Assembly (NCBI GenBank): GCA_038231455.1
Contig: JBBRLI010000006.1
Span: 64,001 to 128,000 of the forward strand
Source of the DNA: Vulcanimicrobiales bacterium
Lineage (GTDB): Bacteria > Vulcanimicrobiota > Vulcanimicrobiia > Vulcanimicrobiales > Vulcanimicrobiaceae
Direction: 5' to 3'
DNA length: 64,000 nt
The number at the start of each line of letters is the position of its first letter. Position 1 is the first letter of the stretch. Below, piece after piece: positions 1 to 10,187 of this stretch. A program made the translations under genes and the position numbers. The notes beneath the pieces are model-generated. The model was not told the origin of the DNA. It made no database searches and saw only the letters and a program-made list of their open reading frames with translations.

Positions 1-322
1 CGGTATTTCGATGTATCTCTTCGAGTGGCTCGGCATCGGCGATGCGGATTTCGTCGATGCGGTACGCACGCTCAAAACCGACGAGGCGATCGTCGCCTGG
101 ATTCACGAACGTACCGATGCAACGCAGTACGACGATATCAATATGCGCCTTTCGACGCGTGCGATTCGCGATGACGAACACTTTGAGGCGGTGCTTCCGG
201 CCTACCCGTTACTGAACGAACATCCGCACTTGCGAAATTGGTTTGAGATTTTCGATCTCGACGATGAGTGGATTTTCGATCAGAAAAACCGCAAACACGT
301 GCCGAGCGGTCAGTACGACTAG
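1..322 (+). CDS. DUF5069-like protein, probably 5'-truncated by window edge
   Basis: ORF 11..322; LFEWLGI..DFVDAV...DEAIVAWI and WFEIFDLDD resemble DUF5069. Confidence 0.55.
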   Translation, partial: GISMYLFEWLGIGDADFVDAVRTLKTDEAIVAWIHERTDATQYDDINMRLSTRAIRDDEHFEAVLPAYPLLNEHPHLRNWFEIFDLDDEWIFDQKNRKHVPSGQYD

Positions 323-861
323 TGGAGCTACCGCAAGTCGGCGAGCACGCGCCGGACGTCGTCCTCGCATTGCCGATTCCGCGGCCCGCGCTCGTCTTGT
401 GGCTGCGGCACGTCGGTTGACGATTCTTCGCTGAGCCGCTCGCGCAGTTGCGCGAACTCGACCGGGACTTCGCCGCACTCGGCGTGAGCGTACGCGCGAT
501 CACGATCGGCTCGCAAGACAAAGCCGAGAGATTTTGCGCGATTCACAACCCCGAGGCGATCTGCATCGGCGATGTCGACATGCACACGTATAAGGCGATG
601 GGGTTCGATGATTTCGATCTGACGAAACTCAAGACGACGCCCGCGCTCACCGCACGTCGCGCAGAAAATGAAGCCGCCGGATTCGTTCAAAACTGGGACG
701 AAACGAAAATCGAGGATGCCGCGCAAAATCCGGGAGCCGCACTCATCGATCGCGACGGCGTGCTGCGCTGGATCTACCGCGGCGTCCATCCCGGCGATTT
801 GCCCGCGCTAAAGGCGATGTTCGACGTGACGAAACGGTCGATCGAACCGGGTCGGACGTAG
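322..861 (+). CDS. AhpC/TSA-like (peroxiredoxin-like, SelL-related) thioredoxin-fold protein, probable selenoprotein
   Basis: GTG at 322 is in frame with ORF 448..861. MELPQVGEHAPD...LWLRHVG-TGA(418-420)-RFFAEPLAQLRE places the TGA at the redox Cys position of RHxGCxxC; C-terminal QNPGAALIDRDGVLRWIYRG. Confidence 0.75.
433..459 (+). promoter_or_regulatory. Putative bacterial SECIS hairpin
   Basis: GAG-ccgc-TCGCGC-agtt-GCGCGA-a-CTC; the G-containing apical loop starts 25 nt after the TGA. Confidence 0.55.
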
Positions 862-1137
862 CTAGTCGTCGATGATTTCCGGGCGCGCCGACGTGGGTCG
901 GCGCGTGAGATGCCAGAAGCCGCAGTACGTGCACTCATAGGTCGAGAGCTTCATGCCGTTCATCGCGGCGATCGCTCGTGCTTCGCCTTCGCTCTTGTAC
1001 GGCTGCTTCGATGCGCAACTGCGCGCGATGTCTTTGTCTTGATCCGCTTCGATGTTCGTGCGGTTACGTAGGTAAAACGCCATGAGCGATTCGGGCTCGC
1101 TCGGCGTCTTGCTGCGACCGGGTTTCCGGCGCGCCAC
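862..1137 (-). CDS. Small hypothetical protein with Cys/His zinc-finger-like motif
   Basis: C..K..Y...EA and YECTYCGFWHLT motifs; fits the minus-strand gene run. Confidence 0.65.
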   Translation of the reverse strand: MARRKPGRSKTPSEPESLMAFYLRNRTNIEADQDKDIARSCASKQPYKSEGEARAIAAMNGMKLSTYECTYCGFWHLTRRPTSARPEIIDD

Positions 1138-1143
1138 GTGGGC

Positions 1144-1758
1144 TTAGAGCCAGCGAACGGCGTCGTCGAGCGAGCGGCGCTCTTTGCGCGCGGCAACGAG
1201 CGGCTGCATCGGATTTCCGACGACGAGACTCGTGAATATTTTGAATCCCGGCTCGACGCCGAGCAGGGCCATCATCTCTTTTTGAAAGGCGAGTCCGCGC
1301 GTCCAACTTGTAAATTGGCTCGCAAGGCCCGCGGCCGTCGCCTCGAGCGACATCGCCATGAGCGCACACGCGCAGGCCTCGGATGATTCGGGATACCGGT
1401 CGTCTTGCAATACGACGATAGCGATGCCGTTTTCCGGCAGCACGTGACCGGAAGCTTGGCGTTGGAGGCCGGCTTCGTATTCGGGGTTTTTCAGGCGCTT
1501 ATTCATCGCACCGAAGAGTCCGCGCATCTTCATGAACGTGTCGCGCGATTTGTTCGCACCGGCGCGGAGCTGTTCGTACTTCTCACGGTCGCGCACCACG
1601 ACGAAACGGAACGGCTGCGTGTTGAAGAGTGATGGCGCATTCCGGCCCGCATCGAGAACCCGGCGTAGCGCCATCGGCGGGAGCGGCCCCGGCGCGAATG
1701 CTCGAGCGTGGCTGGTCCGTTCGAGGAGCGCAAGGGCGCCCGGAACGGCGGGGGTCAT
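1144..1758 (-). CDS. Nitroreductase family protein
   Basis: RTSHARAF, APSLFNTQPFRFVVV, terminal RRSLDDAVRW. Confidence 0.85.
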   Translation of the reverse strand: MTPAVPGALALLERTSHARAFAPGPLPPMALRRVLDAGRNAPSLFNTQPFRFVVVRDREKYEQLRAGANKSRDTFMKMRGLFGAMNKRLKNPEYEAGLQRQASGHVLPENGIAIVVLQDDRYPESSEACACALMAMSLEATAAGLASQFTSWTRGLAFQKEMMALLGVEPGFKIFTSLVVGNPMQPLVAARKERRSLDDAVRWL

Positions 1759-2282
1759 GGCGTGGGTTTTGGCCTCGGTGTCGATTTGGTGATGTCCTTG
1801 AGATCGGGCAGAGTGACCGATTTCTGCTTCTGGGCATCGAGTTCAGCCCGGCGCGAGGCCTTGTGCTCCATATTGAGCGCGGCGCCTTCGGCATTCGGGT
1901 CGACGCCGCCGGCCGAGACCAGTTTGACGTCGCGCGTCACGCCACCGTGGGCGGGCGTGTAGTCGTAGGAGAGCCGGTAGACGCCCGAGATCGCGCTGCC
2001 GTCTTCTTTGCGGATAAACGCCTGCAAGACGTTTCCGTAGGTGCGGGCGTTGAACCCGACGTCCTTGCACGGCTTGACCGAGCGGACTTTCGTTACCTGA
2101 CCGAGTTTATTGACCTCGACCGTGTATTCCGTGTGCAACGGAACCTTGGGCAGTACCGACTTTGGCTGGGCTTTCGTCAGGTTGATCGGAGCCGCGGCTG
2201 GCGCTGGCGAGGCGGCCTCTGCCGATCCGGCGCCGAGCCAAGCGAGCGCGGCTGCCGCCGCGAGGATGCGCAGCGCGTTCAA
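1755..2282 (-). CDS. Secreted protein with TonB C-terminal-like domain
   Basis: Signal peptide; YTVEVNKLGQVTKVRSVK pattern. Confidence 0.5.
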   Translation of the reverse strand: MNALRILAAAAALAWLGAGSAEAASPAPAAAPINLTKAQPKSVLPKVPLHTEYTVEVNKLGQVTKVRSVKPCKDVGFNARTYGNVLQAFIRKEDGSAISGVYRLSYDYTPAHGGVTRDVKLVSAGGVDPNAEGAALNMEHKASRRAELDAQKQKSVTLPDLKDITKSTPRPKPTP

Positions 2283-2523
2283 TTACGTGAAATCGCCGCA
2301 AACGCAGCGCCACAGGAAGCGCACGCAACGATCACTTGGAACGTTGCCGCGGCTGCGCGTAATTCTCGGACATTCTTATCGTGTTCATCGCACCCACAGT
2401 AACGACACGGTATCGATGTCGAGTTCCCTTTTGGCCGTTCGTCGTCCACATCCACGCGATTTCCCGCTGATGGATATGTGCCCTCTCGCGGGATGGCGTC
2501 GCGTTCCAAGCGAACTTAGGGCG

Positions 2524-2940
2524 ATGTTCAAACGTGTTGCGCTCGTTCTTTCGCTTGTGGTTTTGCTTGCCGGCTGCAAGGAGAGCAAGCCCGGATCCGC
2601 CGTGTCGTTCGTCGGCATCGGCAGTACGGTGATTACCGATACGACGATCGTTCCCAGCAGCGATGCCAATCCGACGCTCTCCGGCACGAGTGTGAACTAC
2701 CTGATCATGAAGATCACCTACACGAATGATGGGAACGTCGATACGACGCCGCTCATCAACCACTTTATTTTGACGGACAACTCGGGCAACCGGATCGCCG
2801 CGACCGATCAGGGATCGGGCGCTCTCACGGGTATCTCGAACTACGTCGGGATCGTGAAGAAGGGCGACAAGCACGACTACACGATTGCCTTCCGCGCGCA
2901 AACCTCGACGCTTGCGGGAACGGTCGGCTACGAACCGTAG
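2524..2940 (+). CDS. Lipoprotein, DUF4352-like
   Basis: MFKRVALVLSLVVLLAGC lipobox; F.LTD..G motif; start refined within ORF 2110..2940. Confidence 0.65.
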   Translation: MFKRVALVLSLVVLLAGCKESKPGSAVSFVGIGSTVITDTTIVPSSDANPTLSGTSVNYLIMKITYTNDGNVDTTPLINHFILTDNSGNRIAATDQGSGALTGISNYVGIVKKGDKHDYTIAFRAQTSTLAGTVGYEP

Positions 2941-5308
2941 ATTTGGGGCGCTAATCGGAGCGCTGGTGCTGCTGCTTGCAACACCGGCCGGCGCGGCGCG
3001 GCCGCTGCTCGATTCGCACCAGTGGGATTCGTATTTCGCGCTGTACGCTCGAGACGCAAGCGTGCCATGGAAGCACCCTGCCGTTCGGCTCGATACGTTC
3101 TCCGGCGCCCCGGTCGAATTTGCCGCATACGCAGCGGATCCGGCGGACGTGATCGTCGCGGGGGCGTATGCGAAGCCGCGTCCGCTCGATGTGTCGCATC
3201 GCGTGCCCGTTACGCGCTGGAAGTTTACGCCGCCGCCGGGCTATCAATTCGAAGCAAACGACGTCGAGCTGCCGCTCACCGATCGCGAAGGGTTCTACGT
3301 GATCGAAGCGCGGCGCGGCGATGCAACGCAGCAAGTGTGGGTGAATCTCTCCCGCATCGCGCTCCTCACCAAAGAATCGCCGGGCGGAACGCTGGTCTAC
3401 GCGACGGATTTACGGACGGGTCGCGCGATGCGCGCGATGTCGGTCTCGTATCTCGTCGGTTCGACACTCGTGCCGGGCAAAACCGACGAGCAAGGCATCT
3501 CTCGTCTTCCCTCCGGCACGCGAGCGCGTTTTGCGCTCGCACAATCCGGTAAGTCCTGGGCGTTTGTGTCGTTCTTGCCGCAATCGCCGGTGCCGACGAG
3601 CCTGGTGGGTGTGCGCGTGGAGCGCGGTGTCGTGCGTGCAGGCGATCGCGTGCGTGCAATCGGGTTCGCACGCAAACGTGTCGGCCCGACATTCCGGCCC
3701 GCAACGGGCGAGGCGAAAGTGTCGCTGCTCGTGCGCGGCCGCGCGATTGCGACGGCACTCTCCAAACTCGATAGTGCGGGTGCGTTTTCCGCTGAGGTGA
3801 CCGTCCCCGCTGATGTCTCAACGGGCGAAGCGGTGGTACTCGCGACGAGCGGCAGCGCAACGGGCGGTGCGACCGTGCGGATCGAGGGCGGCGGCGATCT
3901 GACACTTGCAATCGTTGCGCCGTGCACGACATCGTGCCCCGCAGAAAGCGCCTTTCCGATCACGGTAAGCGCGCATCGCGCGAACGTTGCGGTACCGAAT
4001 GCCGACGTGCATGTGAAGATCGCGCGCACACCGCATATTTTGCCGCCCGGCGAACCCGAAGAGACGGTCCATTGGGGCACGACGACCGTCTTCGATCAAA
4101 CCGTCCGCACCGATGCCGCGGGCAACGCGAGGGTGACGATTCCGGCCAACAGCGACGGGCTCGCGTCGACGTACGGTATCGCTGCCTCGACGTCCTCGAC
4201 GATCGCACAGTCGCAGATCTCCGCGCCAACGGCCAAAATCGCGCTGTCGGTCGATCCGCTCAAAGAAGCGATCGACGTCGGCGAGGCCGCCGCGATCGAC
4301 GTGCGCGCGTTCGACGCGCTGGACGGCAATCCGACGCCGAATATAACGGTCAATGTCAAGCTGACGCACGGCGTGACCGTCCAGGTCGATCGCGTGAAAC
4401 TCGACGCGCAAGGTCGCGGTCGAGCGACCTTTCACGACGTTGCGCTCGGCACGAATTTCGTGACGGCCGATGTCGATATCGAGGGGCGTCATGCCTTTGA
4501 TGCGGCATCCGTGACCGTCGCTCCGAGCGCGCTCGGAGCGACGACGACTTTGCGCAGTTCGGAGATCGCGCTCGTCCCGGATAAGGCGCGCTACAAACCC
4601 GGTGAGAAGCTCAACCTCAGCGCGGTTCTCGCGGGCGCGACGGGTGATGCGATCCTCACGCTCGAGGGTGCGCGGCCGTACGAGGCCCATACGGTCACCA
4701 CGCGCGACGGTCGGGCGACGGCGTCATTCACGGTGCCGGAGAGTTTCGGCGATTGCTATATCGGCGCGGCGTTCGTCAAAGACGGCGCTCTCGCATACAG
4801 TACGCTCAAGATCGCGATCGACGGGCCGGGGCATCCGCGCCTGACCGCGCTCTCCGCGGATAAAGCTTCTTACGCGCCGGGTGAGGTTGCGAAGATCACC
4901 GTGCACGACGGCGATTTCAAAGGGACGTCGACAATCGCGGTGCGCCTTGCCGACGGCCGCTCGGCGCGCAGCGCAAGTTTTGACGATGCACCGGGACTGC
5001 TCGCGGTCGCCGGAACGACGTCGCAAGATATTGCCTCGATCGATCCCACCTGGCACGCGTATGTGGCACCCGCAAAATCGACCGCCGGTGATATCTTCGC
5101 CTTCGATCGTCCCCGTGCGCGTGTCGCGCCCGAAAGCGCGCTTGCGGTCGCTGCACCGCGGAACTTCGTGTGGAAAATCGAACGCGTCGAACGCGAAACG
5201 ATCGACGTCACGCTTCCCAAAGAAAAAGGCCGCTTCGTGCTCTCACTTCTCAAGCTCACCGATGACGGCGATGTTGGCGCTGCGACCATTCCGATCGTGG
5301 TGCAGTAG
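2885..5308 (+). CDS. Secreted alpha-2-macroglobulin MG/Ig-like domain protein (true start probably near 2940-2970)
   Basis: Signal-peptide-like segment; GKTDEQG, DKARYKPGE and DKASYAPGE MG-domain motifs; no thioester CxEQ motif. Confidence 0.65.
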   Translation: MPSARKPRRLRERSATNRRFGALIGALVLLLATPAGAARPLLDSHQWDSYFALYARDASVPWKHPAVRLDTFSGAPVEFAAYAADPADVIVAGAYAKPRPLDVSHRVPVTRWKFTPPPGYQFEANDVELPLTDREGFYVIEARRGDATQQVWVNLSRIALLTKESPGGTLVYATDLRTGRAMRAMSVSYLVGSTLVPGKTDEQGISRLPSGTRARFALAQSGKSWAFVSFLPQSPVPTSLVGVRVERGVVRAGDRVRAIGFARKRVGPTFRPATGEAKVSLLVRGRAIATALSKLDSAGAFSAEVTVPADVSTGEAVVLATSGSATGGATVRIEGGGDLTLAIVAPCTTSCPAESAFPITVSAHRANVAVPNADVHVKIARTPHILPPGEPEETVHWGTTTVFDQTVRTDAAGNARVTIPANSDGLASTYGIAASTSSTIAQSQISAPTAKIALSVDPLKEAIDVGEAAAIDVRAFDALDGNPTPNITVNVKLTHGVTVQVDRVKLDAQGRGRATFHDVALGTNFVTADVDIEGRHAFDAASVTVAPSALGATTTLRSSEIALVPDKARYKPGEKLNLSAVLAGATGDAILTLEGARPYEAHTVTTRDGRATASFTVPESFGDCYIGAAFVKDGALAYSTLKIAIDGPGHPRLTALSADKASYAPGEVAKITVHDGDFKGTSTIAVRLADGRSARSASFDDAPGLLAVAGTTSQDIASIDPTWHAYVAPAKSTAGDIFAFDRPRARVAPESALAVAAPRNFVWKIERVERETIDVTLPKEKGRFVLSLLKLTDDGDVGAATIPIVVQ

Positions 5309-7959
5309 TGCAGCAAGAGATGGAACTCGGGTCAACCGTGCCGCCGCCCGAGAGCGCACGGCTCATGCTGCTCGATACGTACGGGCTCGTGTACCGCGCG
5401 TTCTTCGCGCTGCCAATGCTCACAACAGTCGCGGGAATGCCGATCAACGCGGCCTACGGTTTCACGATGATGCTCACCAAGATCATCGCCGACGAGAAGC
5501 CGACGCACGTGATCGCGGCGTTCGACAAAGGCTTGCCGGCGGCACGCATCAAGCTCTATCCCGAATATAAAGCGCAACGCGAATCGACGCCCGACGAACT
5601 GCGCCCGCAGTTCGCACTCGTGCGCAAGATTCTCGGCACGTACAAGATCCCGATCATCGAAGTGGACGGCGAAGAAGCCGATGACGTAATCGCGACGCTC
5701 GCGCGGCAAGCGGGGGAAGCGTTGCAGCACGTTGCCGTCGTGACAGGGGATCTCGATCTCTTGCAAATCGTCGACGAGCGCACGACCGTGCTCACGACGC
5801 GGCGCGGTATCACGGATCTCGGCCGGTACGACACGGCCGCCGTGCGCGAGCGCTTCGACCTCGAGCCGCTGCAATTGCCCGACTATCGCGGTCTCAAAGG
5901 CGATCCGTCCGATAATTTGCCGGGGATTCCGGGCGTGGGTGAAAAGACGGCGATCAAATTGATCAAAGCGGCGGGCTCGCTCGATGCGTTGCTCGCCGAT
6001 CCGAACCTTGCCGGCAAAGAGAAGCTCGCAAATCTGATTCGCGAATATGGCGCGCAGGCAAAAGTGTGCCGCGATGTCTCGGTCATCGGACGCGACCTCC
6101 CGATTTCGATCGACTGGGCACACGCGACGTTCACGCAGCCGCCGGCAGACGATCTCTATCATCTCTACCGCGAACTCGAGTTCAAGACGCTGCTGAATAA
6201 GCTCGATGTGACGCCGAGCGCCGAGGCCGCTCCCACCGAAGAGCGGCTGCACGGAAACTACGCGACGTTCGTAAACGCGACGGATCCGCCGGACTTCGTT
6301 AAACTCCGCGAACTGCTCGACGCCGCAGGTTCTGCGGATCGTGTCGCGGTTGCCATGCACGATGAGACGATCGGTATCTCAACGCAAGACGGCACCGGTT
6401 TTTCTTTTCTTGCAAGCGCCCTCGCACAAGCGCCCGTTCGCGCATCCTTCGAACGGGTTTGGACGACGGGTGGCGCGCTCGTCACGCACGACGTGAAGAT
6501 GCTGATCGTCAAACTTGGGCTCGAGCCGCGCTACGCGCACGATGACGTGATGATCGCCGCGCATTTACTCGATGGGCGTTCGTTTGCAAAGCTCGATGAT
6601 GCCGCGCGCGCGTTTCTGAGTGTTGGCTTGCCCGATGAAGTGGCGGCGTTTGCCGATGCCACCTACCGATTAGCGTTTGTCTTGCGCGCGGAACTCGAAC
6701 GTCGCGACCAGCTCGCTCTCTATACCGATGTGGAGCTTCCGCTAGCAACGGTGCTGGCGAAGTGCGAGCTCGCCGGAATCGCACTCGACCCCGCCGCGCT
6801 CGGCGATCTCTCCGCGACGGTCGATGCCGCCGTCGAACGTCTTGCCGCCGAAATTTACGATATCGCCGGCGAAACATTCAACATCGGGTCGCCGCAGCAA
6901 CTCGGACGGATCCTCTTCGACCAATTGGGACTGCCGCACGGCGGCAAGAACAAAACCGGCTATGCGACGGGCGTCGAAGTGCTGCAGGGACTTGCGCGCA
7001 TCTACCCGGTTGCGGCAAAGGTGCTCGAATACCGCGAAGTTACCAAACTCAAGAATACCTACATCGACGTTCTGCCAACGCTTGTCGATGCGCACTCGCG
7101 CGTCCACACCTTCTTCAATCAAACCTCGACTGCGACCGGACGTCTTTCATCGACGAATCCGAATTTGCAAAACATCCCCGTGCGCAGCGATCTTGGGCGC
7201 CAAGTGCGGCTTGCGTTCGTGGCACCGCGGGCCGACCGGATTCTGCTCGCCGCCGACTACTCGCAGATCGAACTGCGGCTCATGGCGCACCTCTCGGGTG
7301 ATGAGGCGATGCGTGCGGCTTTTCACGAAGGTCAGGACATCCACGACTTCACCGCGCGCCGCATCTTCGATATCGGACCGTTTGCAGAAGTCTCGCCCAA
7401 TCAGCGGCGCATGGCGAAGGCCGTCAATTTTGGATTGCTCTACGGCATGTCCGATTTTGGTTTAGCGCAGCGTTTGGAGATCGAGCGGGCCGAAGCAAAA
7501 GCGATTAGCACGGCCTACTTCGCGCGCTTTCCCGGCGTCCGCGCCTACATCGACGCGTGTTTGGAAGAGGGACGCGACCGAGGCTACGTGAGCACACTAC
7601 TCGGTCGGCGGCGATTCATGCCCGATCTTCGCGCGCGCAACTACGGCCTGCGCGCCGCCGCCGAACGCGAGGCAACAAACGCCCCGCTTCAAGGCAGCGC
7701 GGCCGATCTCATGAAGCTCGCGATGGTGCGCCTCGATCGGCGACTCGCAAACGAATCGGTCGATGCCCAGATGCTCTTGCAAATTCACGACGAGTTGATC
7801 TTTGAGGTCGCGATCGCCGATGTCGATGCCGTGGCTCGTATCGTGAAGACGGAGATGGAAGGCTCGATTGCTCTAAGCGTGCCGATCGAAGTGACCCTGA
7901 AGACGGGAAGTACGTGGTACGACGTTCAGAATTTCGAGGCAGCGGACGATGATGCGTAG
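5308..7959 (+). CDS. polA: DNA polymerase I
   Basis: 5'-3' exonuclease (LLD..YRAFFALP, EADDVIATL, GDPSDNLPGIPGVGEKTA); polymerase motifs DYSQIELR, KAVNFGLLYG, QIHDEL. Confidence 0.98.
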   Translation: MQQEMELGSTVPPPESARLMLLDTYGLVYRAFFALPMLTTVAGMPINAAYGFTMMLTKIIADEKPTHVIAAFDKGLPAARIKLYPEYKAQRESTPDELRPQFALVRKILGTYKIPIIEVDGEEADDVIATLARQAGEALQHVAVVTGDLDLLQIVDERTTVLTTRRGITDLGRYDTAAVRERFDLEPLQLPDYRGLKGDPSDNLPGIPGVGEKTAIKLIKAAGSLDALLADPNLAGKEKLANLIREYGAQAKVCRDVSVIGRDLPISIDWAHATFTQPPADDLYHLYRELEFKTLLNKLDVTPSAEAAPTEERLHGNYATFVNATDPPDFVKLRELLDAAGSADRVAVAMHDETIGISTQDGTGFSFLASALAQAPVRASFERVWTTGGALVTHDVKMLIVKLGLEPRYAHDDVMIAAHLLDGRSFAKLDDAARAFLSVGLPDEVAAFADATYRLAFVLRAELERRDQLALYTDVELPLATVLAKCELAGIALDPAALGDLSATVDAAVERLAAEIYDIAGETFNIGSPQQLGRILFDQLGLPHGGKNKTGYATGVEVLQGLARIYPVAAKVLEYREVTKLKNTYIDVLPTLVDAHSRVHTFFNQTSTATGRLSSTNPNLQNIPVRSDLGRQVRLAFVAPRADRILLAADYSQIELRLMAHLSGDEAMRAAFHEGQDIHDFTARRIFDIGPFAEVSPNQRRMAKAVNFGLLYGMSDFGLAQRLEIERAEAKAISTAYFARFPGVRAYIDACLEEGRDRGYVSTLLGRRRFMPDLRARNYGLRAAAEREATNAPLQGSAADLMKLAMVRLDRRLANESVDAQMLLQIHDELIFEVAIADVDAVARIVKTEMEGSIALSVPIEVTLKTGSTWYDVQNFEAADDDA

Positions 7960-8449
7960 CCTGGTGTTGCCGATGCTCGTGCTCGTGCTCGCGTGCGCCG
8001 GCGCCGCGCGTGCCGATGATCCCGCGTGCGCGACGGCGACGCCGTATCCGACCAGCGGCGCGACGACGATCGAACTCACCGCTCCGCACGCGAAACTGCA
8101 CGTGCAAGTCGTCGCTAGCTACGCAACGCGCGAACGCGGGCTCATGTGTATCACCGCACTGCCGGAAAATGTCGGCATGATCTTTGTTTTTCCCACCCCG
8201 GGTAAACTGAATTTCTGGATGAAAGATACGCGCATTCCGCTCGACATGGTGTGGGTCGCAAGCGATGGCGTCGTGACGGCCGTCGCGGCAAAGGTTCCGC
8301 GCACGAAGCCGGGCACGCCGGATGACGAGATCGCAACGCGGCAAGGCGAGGGCCGCTATGTGATCGAGCTCGCCGCGGGCGCCGCGGCACGCGCGGGTAT
8401 CAAGCGCGGGACGAAACTCACGCTACCGCCACTTTCCGCGAGCGACTGA
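7949..8449 (+). CDS. DUF192 domain protein
   Basis: RERGLM, GMIFVF, FWMKDTRIPLDM, YVIELAAG. Confidence 0.9.
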   Translation: MMRSLVLPMLVLVLACAGAARADDPACATATPYPTSGATTIELTAPHAKLHVQVVASYATRERGLMCITALPENVGMIFVFPTPGKLNFWMKDTRIPLDMVWVASDGVVTAVAAKVPRTKPGTPDDEIATRQGEGRYVIELAAGAAARAGIKRGTKLTLPPLSASD

Positions 8450-9279
8450 TGCACGGCCGAACGCTCCTCGGCGCGTTTGCCGCGGCGTTCGTTCTCACCG
8501 CGCGCGCCAGCGCGCAGACCGATGCCGATCTGAGGCCCGACCAGCTACTCGTGCGCGCGAAGCTGACGTACCACGCGCATCCGCTTCCGCCGTTCGTCGT
8601 CTATACACTCGAACGACACGAACGCTCTGAGGGCACGATCGATTTTGCCGACACGTACAACTTGCGGCTCTGGTGTCGCACGAGCGATAACTCGTGCCTT
8701 GCGCGACGGCTGGTGAACGGTCGCGTGAGCGGCCCGCTCGAAAATCTGTTTCCGCGATTTAACGCCCCGATCGATCCCGGTCCGCCGACCGTCGATCTCT
8801 TCGAACCGCCACCGCCCGCAAAGACGGTCCTACCCAAGCCGGCCGAGGCCGCACCTGCCGCGAATATTCCGTCGATCGGCACGGTGCGGGTCACGACGGA
8901 ATTTGATTTTCGTGCGCGCGGCGCGCGTCGCCTCGGCGAGACGATCGAACTTTCGGTCGAACCCCGACGTGACCCCGATCGCAACCGTGCGCAGACGATG
9001 ATCGTCGATGCCAAGTCGTTTGAATTGCGCCAAGTCATCGCACGCGATCGCCTGTACTTCCTGGGAAGCCCCACGAGCTATCCCGAGACCTTTACGATCG
9101 ATTTGCAAATGCTGGGCGGCCGGCCGGTTCTCAAGATGATCCACGGCCGGACCGGTGAGGGTCTCGATTCGGAAGTCACCTATCTCTACCGAGACATTTC
9201 GTTCCCGGCTACGTTACCGGACTGGTATTTCGTTCCCGCGACCTACGGCGCGCATGTCGCCGATGCTCCCGAAAGCTAA
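8449..9279 (+). CDS. Secreted hypothetical protein (paralog of 9288..10142)
   Basis: Signal peptide; shared motifs DPGPPT.D.FEP, RDP.RNR, FPAT.PDWYF. Confidence 0.75.
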   Translation: MHGRTLLGAFAAAFVLTARASAQTDADLRPDQLLVRAKLTYHAHPLPPFVVYTLERHERSEGTIDFADTYNLRLWCRTSDNSCLARRLVNGRVSGPLENLFPRFNAPIDPGPPTVDLFEPPPPAKTVLPKPAEAAPAANIPSIGTVRVTTEFDFRARGARRLGETIELSVEPRRDPDRNRAQTMIVDAKSFELRQVIARDRLYFLGSPTSYPETFTIDLQMLGGRPVLKMIHGRTGEGLDSEVTYLYRDISFPATLPDWYFVPATYGAHVADAPES

Positions 9280-9287
9280 CCGAACGC

Positions 9288-10142
9288 ATGATGAAAACCG
9301 GAGCCGCGCTTCTCGCGCTCGCGCTCACCGCCGCTTCTCCCGCGCCCGAGGTGACGCCCTCACCCACGCCGCAGCGCGTCCTCGCGATCATCCGCAACCA
9401 ATTTCGCTTGCATCGCCCGCCGCCGCCGTTTATTCAATACACGATCCAGCGCGTTCAGAAGACGGACCGTGGCTATCCCGACTACTCCGCGAGCTATACC
9501 GAGAAACTCTGGACGCGCAACCTCGATCGCGCCGCGCTCAAGCGTCGCGTCTTCCCGTACGGGGGGCTGGGACCGCCGGAGTTCGAGCGCCCGGCTTTCA
9601 ACGAAGACCGCGATCCAGGTCCGCCCACAGCCGACATCTTCGAACCGGCGCCAAAGAAGCCGACCAAAGTATCCGACGTTCCGACTCCGGAGCCGAACGC
9701 CACGGTGTTCAAGACGATCGGAACCGTCACGGCGACCGGCGAATACGACTACTACGTGGACGATCTCAAGATCGAAGCAAACCTCGTACACTTGACGCTG
9801 CGTCCGGTGCGCGATCCGGAGCGTAACCGGCTACGCGAAGTTTACGCCAACAAAGACACCTTCGAAGTCACGCGACTCATCGCGCACGATCGGCTTTTCG
9901 TCCAAGGCGATAAAATCTACGATACGACCTTCGACATTCGTGTGGGCTCGCTTGAGGGTCACCCGGTCGTCACGAGCATTCACGGCGAAGTCGGTAAGGC
10001 AAGCGACGGCAGCGACTACATCGGCGACGGGAAAACCGTCGACTACACGTTCACGGAGATCAAGTTTCCAGCGACGATGCCGGATTGGTATTTTAACAAC
10101 CGAACGTATGCGCAGCACCAACAAGAAGTCCCGAGCAAATAA
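9288..10142 (+). CDS. Secreted hypothetical protein (paralog of 8449..9279)
   Basis: Signal peptide; same shared motifs. Confidence 0.75.
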   Translation: MMKTGAALLALALTAASPAPEVTPSPTPQRVLAIIRNQFRLHRPPPPFIQYTIQRVQKTDRGYPDYSASYTEKLWTRNLDRAALKRRVFPYGGLGPPEFERPAFNEDRDPGPPTADIFEPAPKKPTKVSDVPTPEPNATVFKTIGTVTATGEYDYYVDDLKIEANLVHLTLRPVRDPERNRLREVYANKDTFEVTRLIAHDRLFVQGDKIYDTTFDIRVGSLEGHPVVTSIHGEVGKASDGSDYIGDGKTVDYTFTEIKFPATMPDWYFNNRTYAQHQQEVPSK

Positions 10143-10173
10143 AAAAAGAGAGACGATTTCGTCTCTCTTTTTT
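10141..10173. terminator. Bidirectional intrinsic terminator
   Basis: AAAAAAAGAGAGACG-attt-CGTCTCTCTTTTTT between convergent genes. Confidence 0.9.
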
Positions 10174-10187
10174 AACCAGTTCGAAAA

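Noticed and set aside
448-861. 137-aa ORF as a complete gene
   Set aside because: It lacks the redox motif; the homology continues upstream through the TGA to 322
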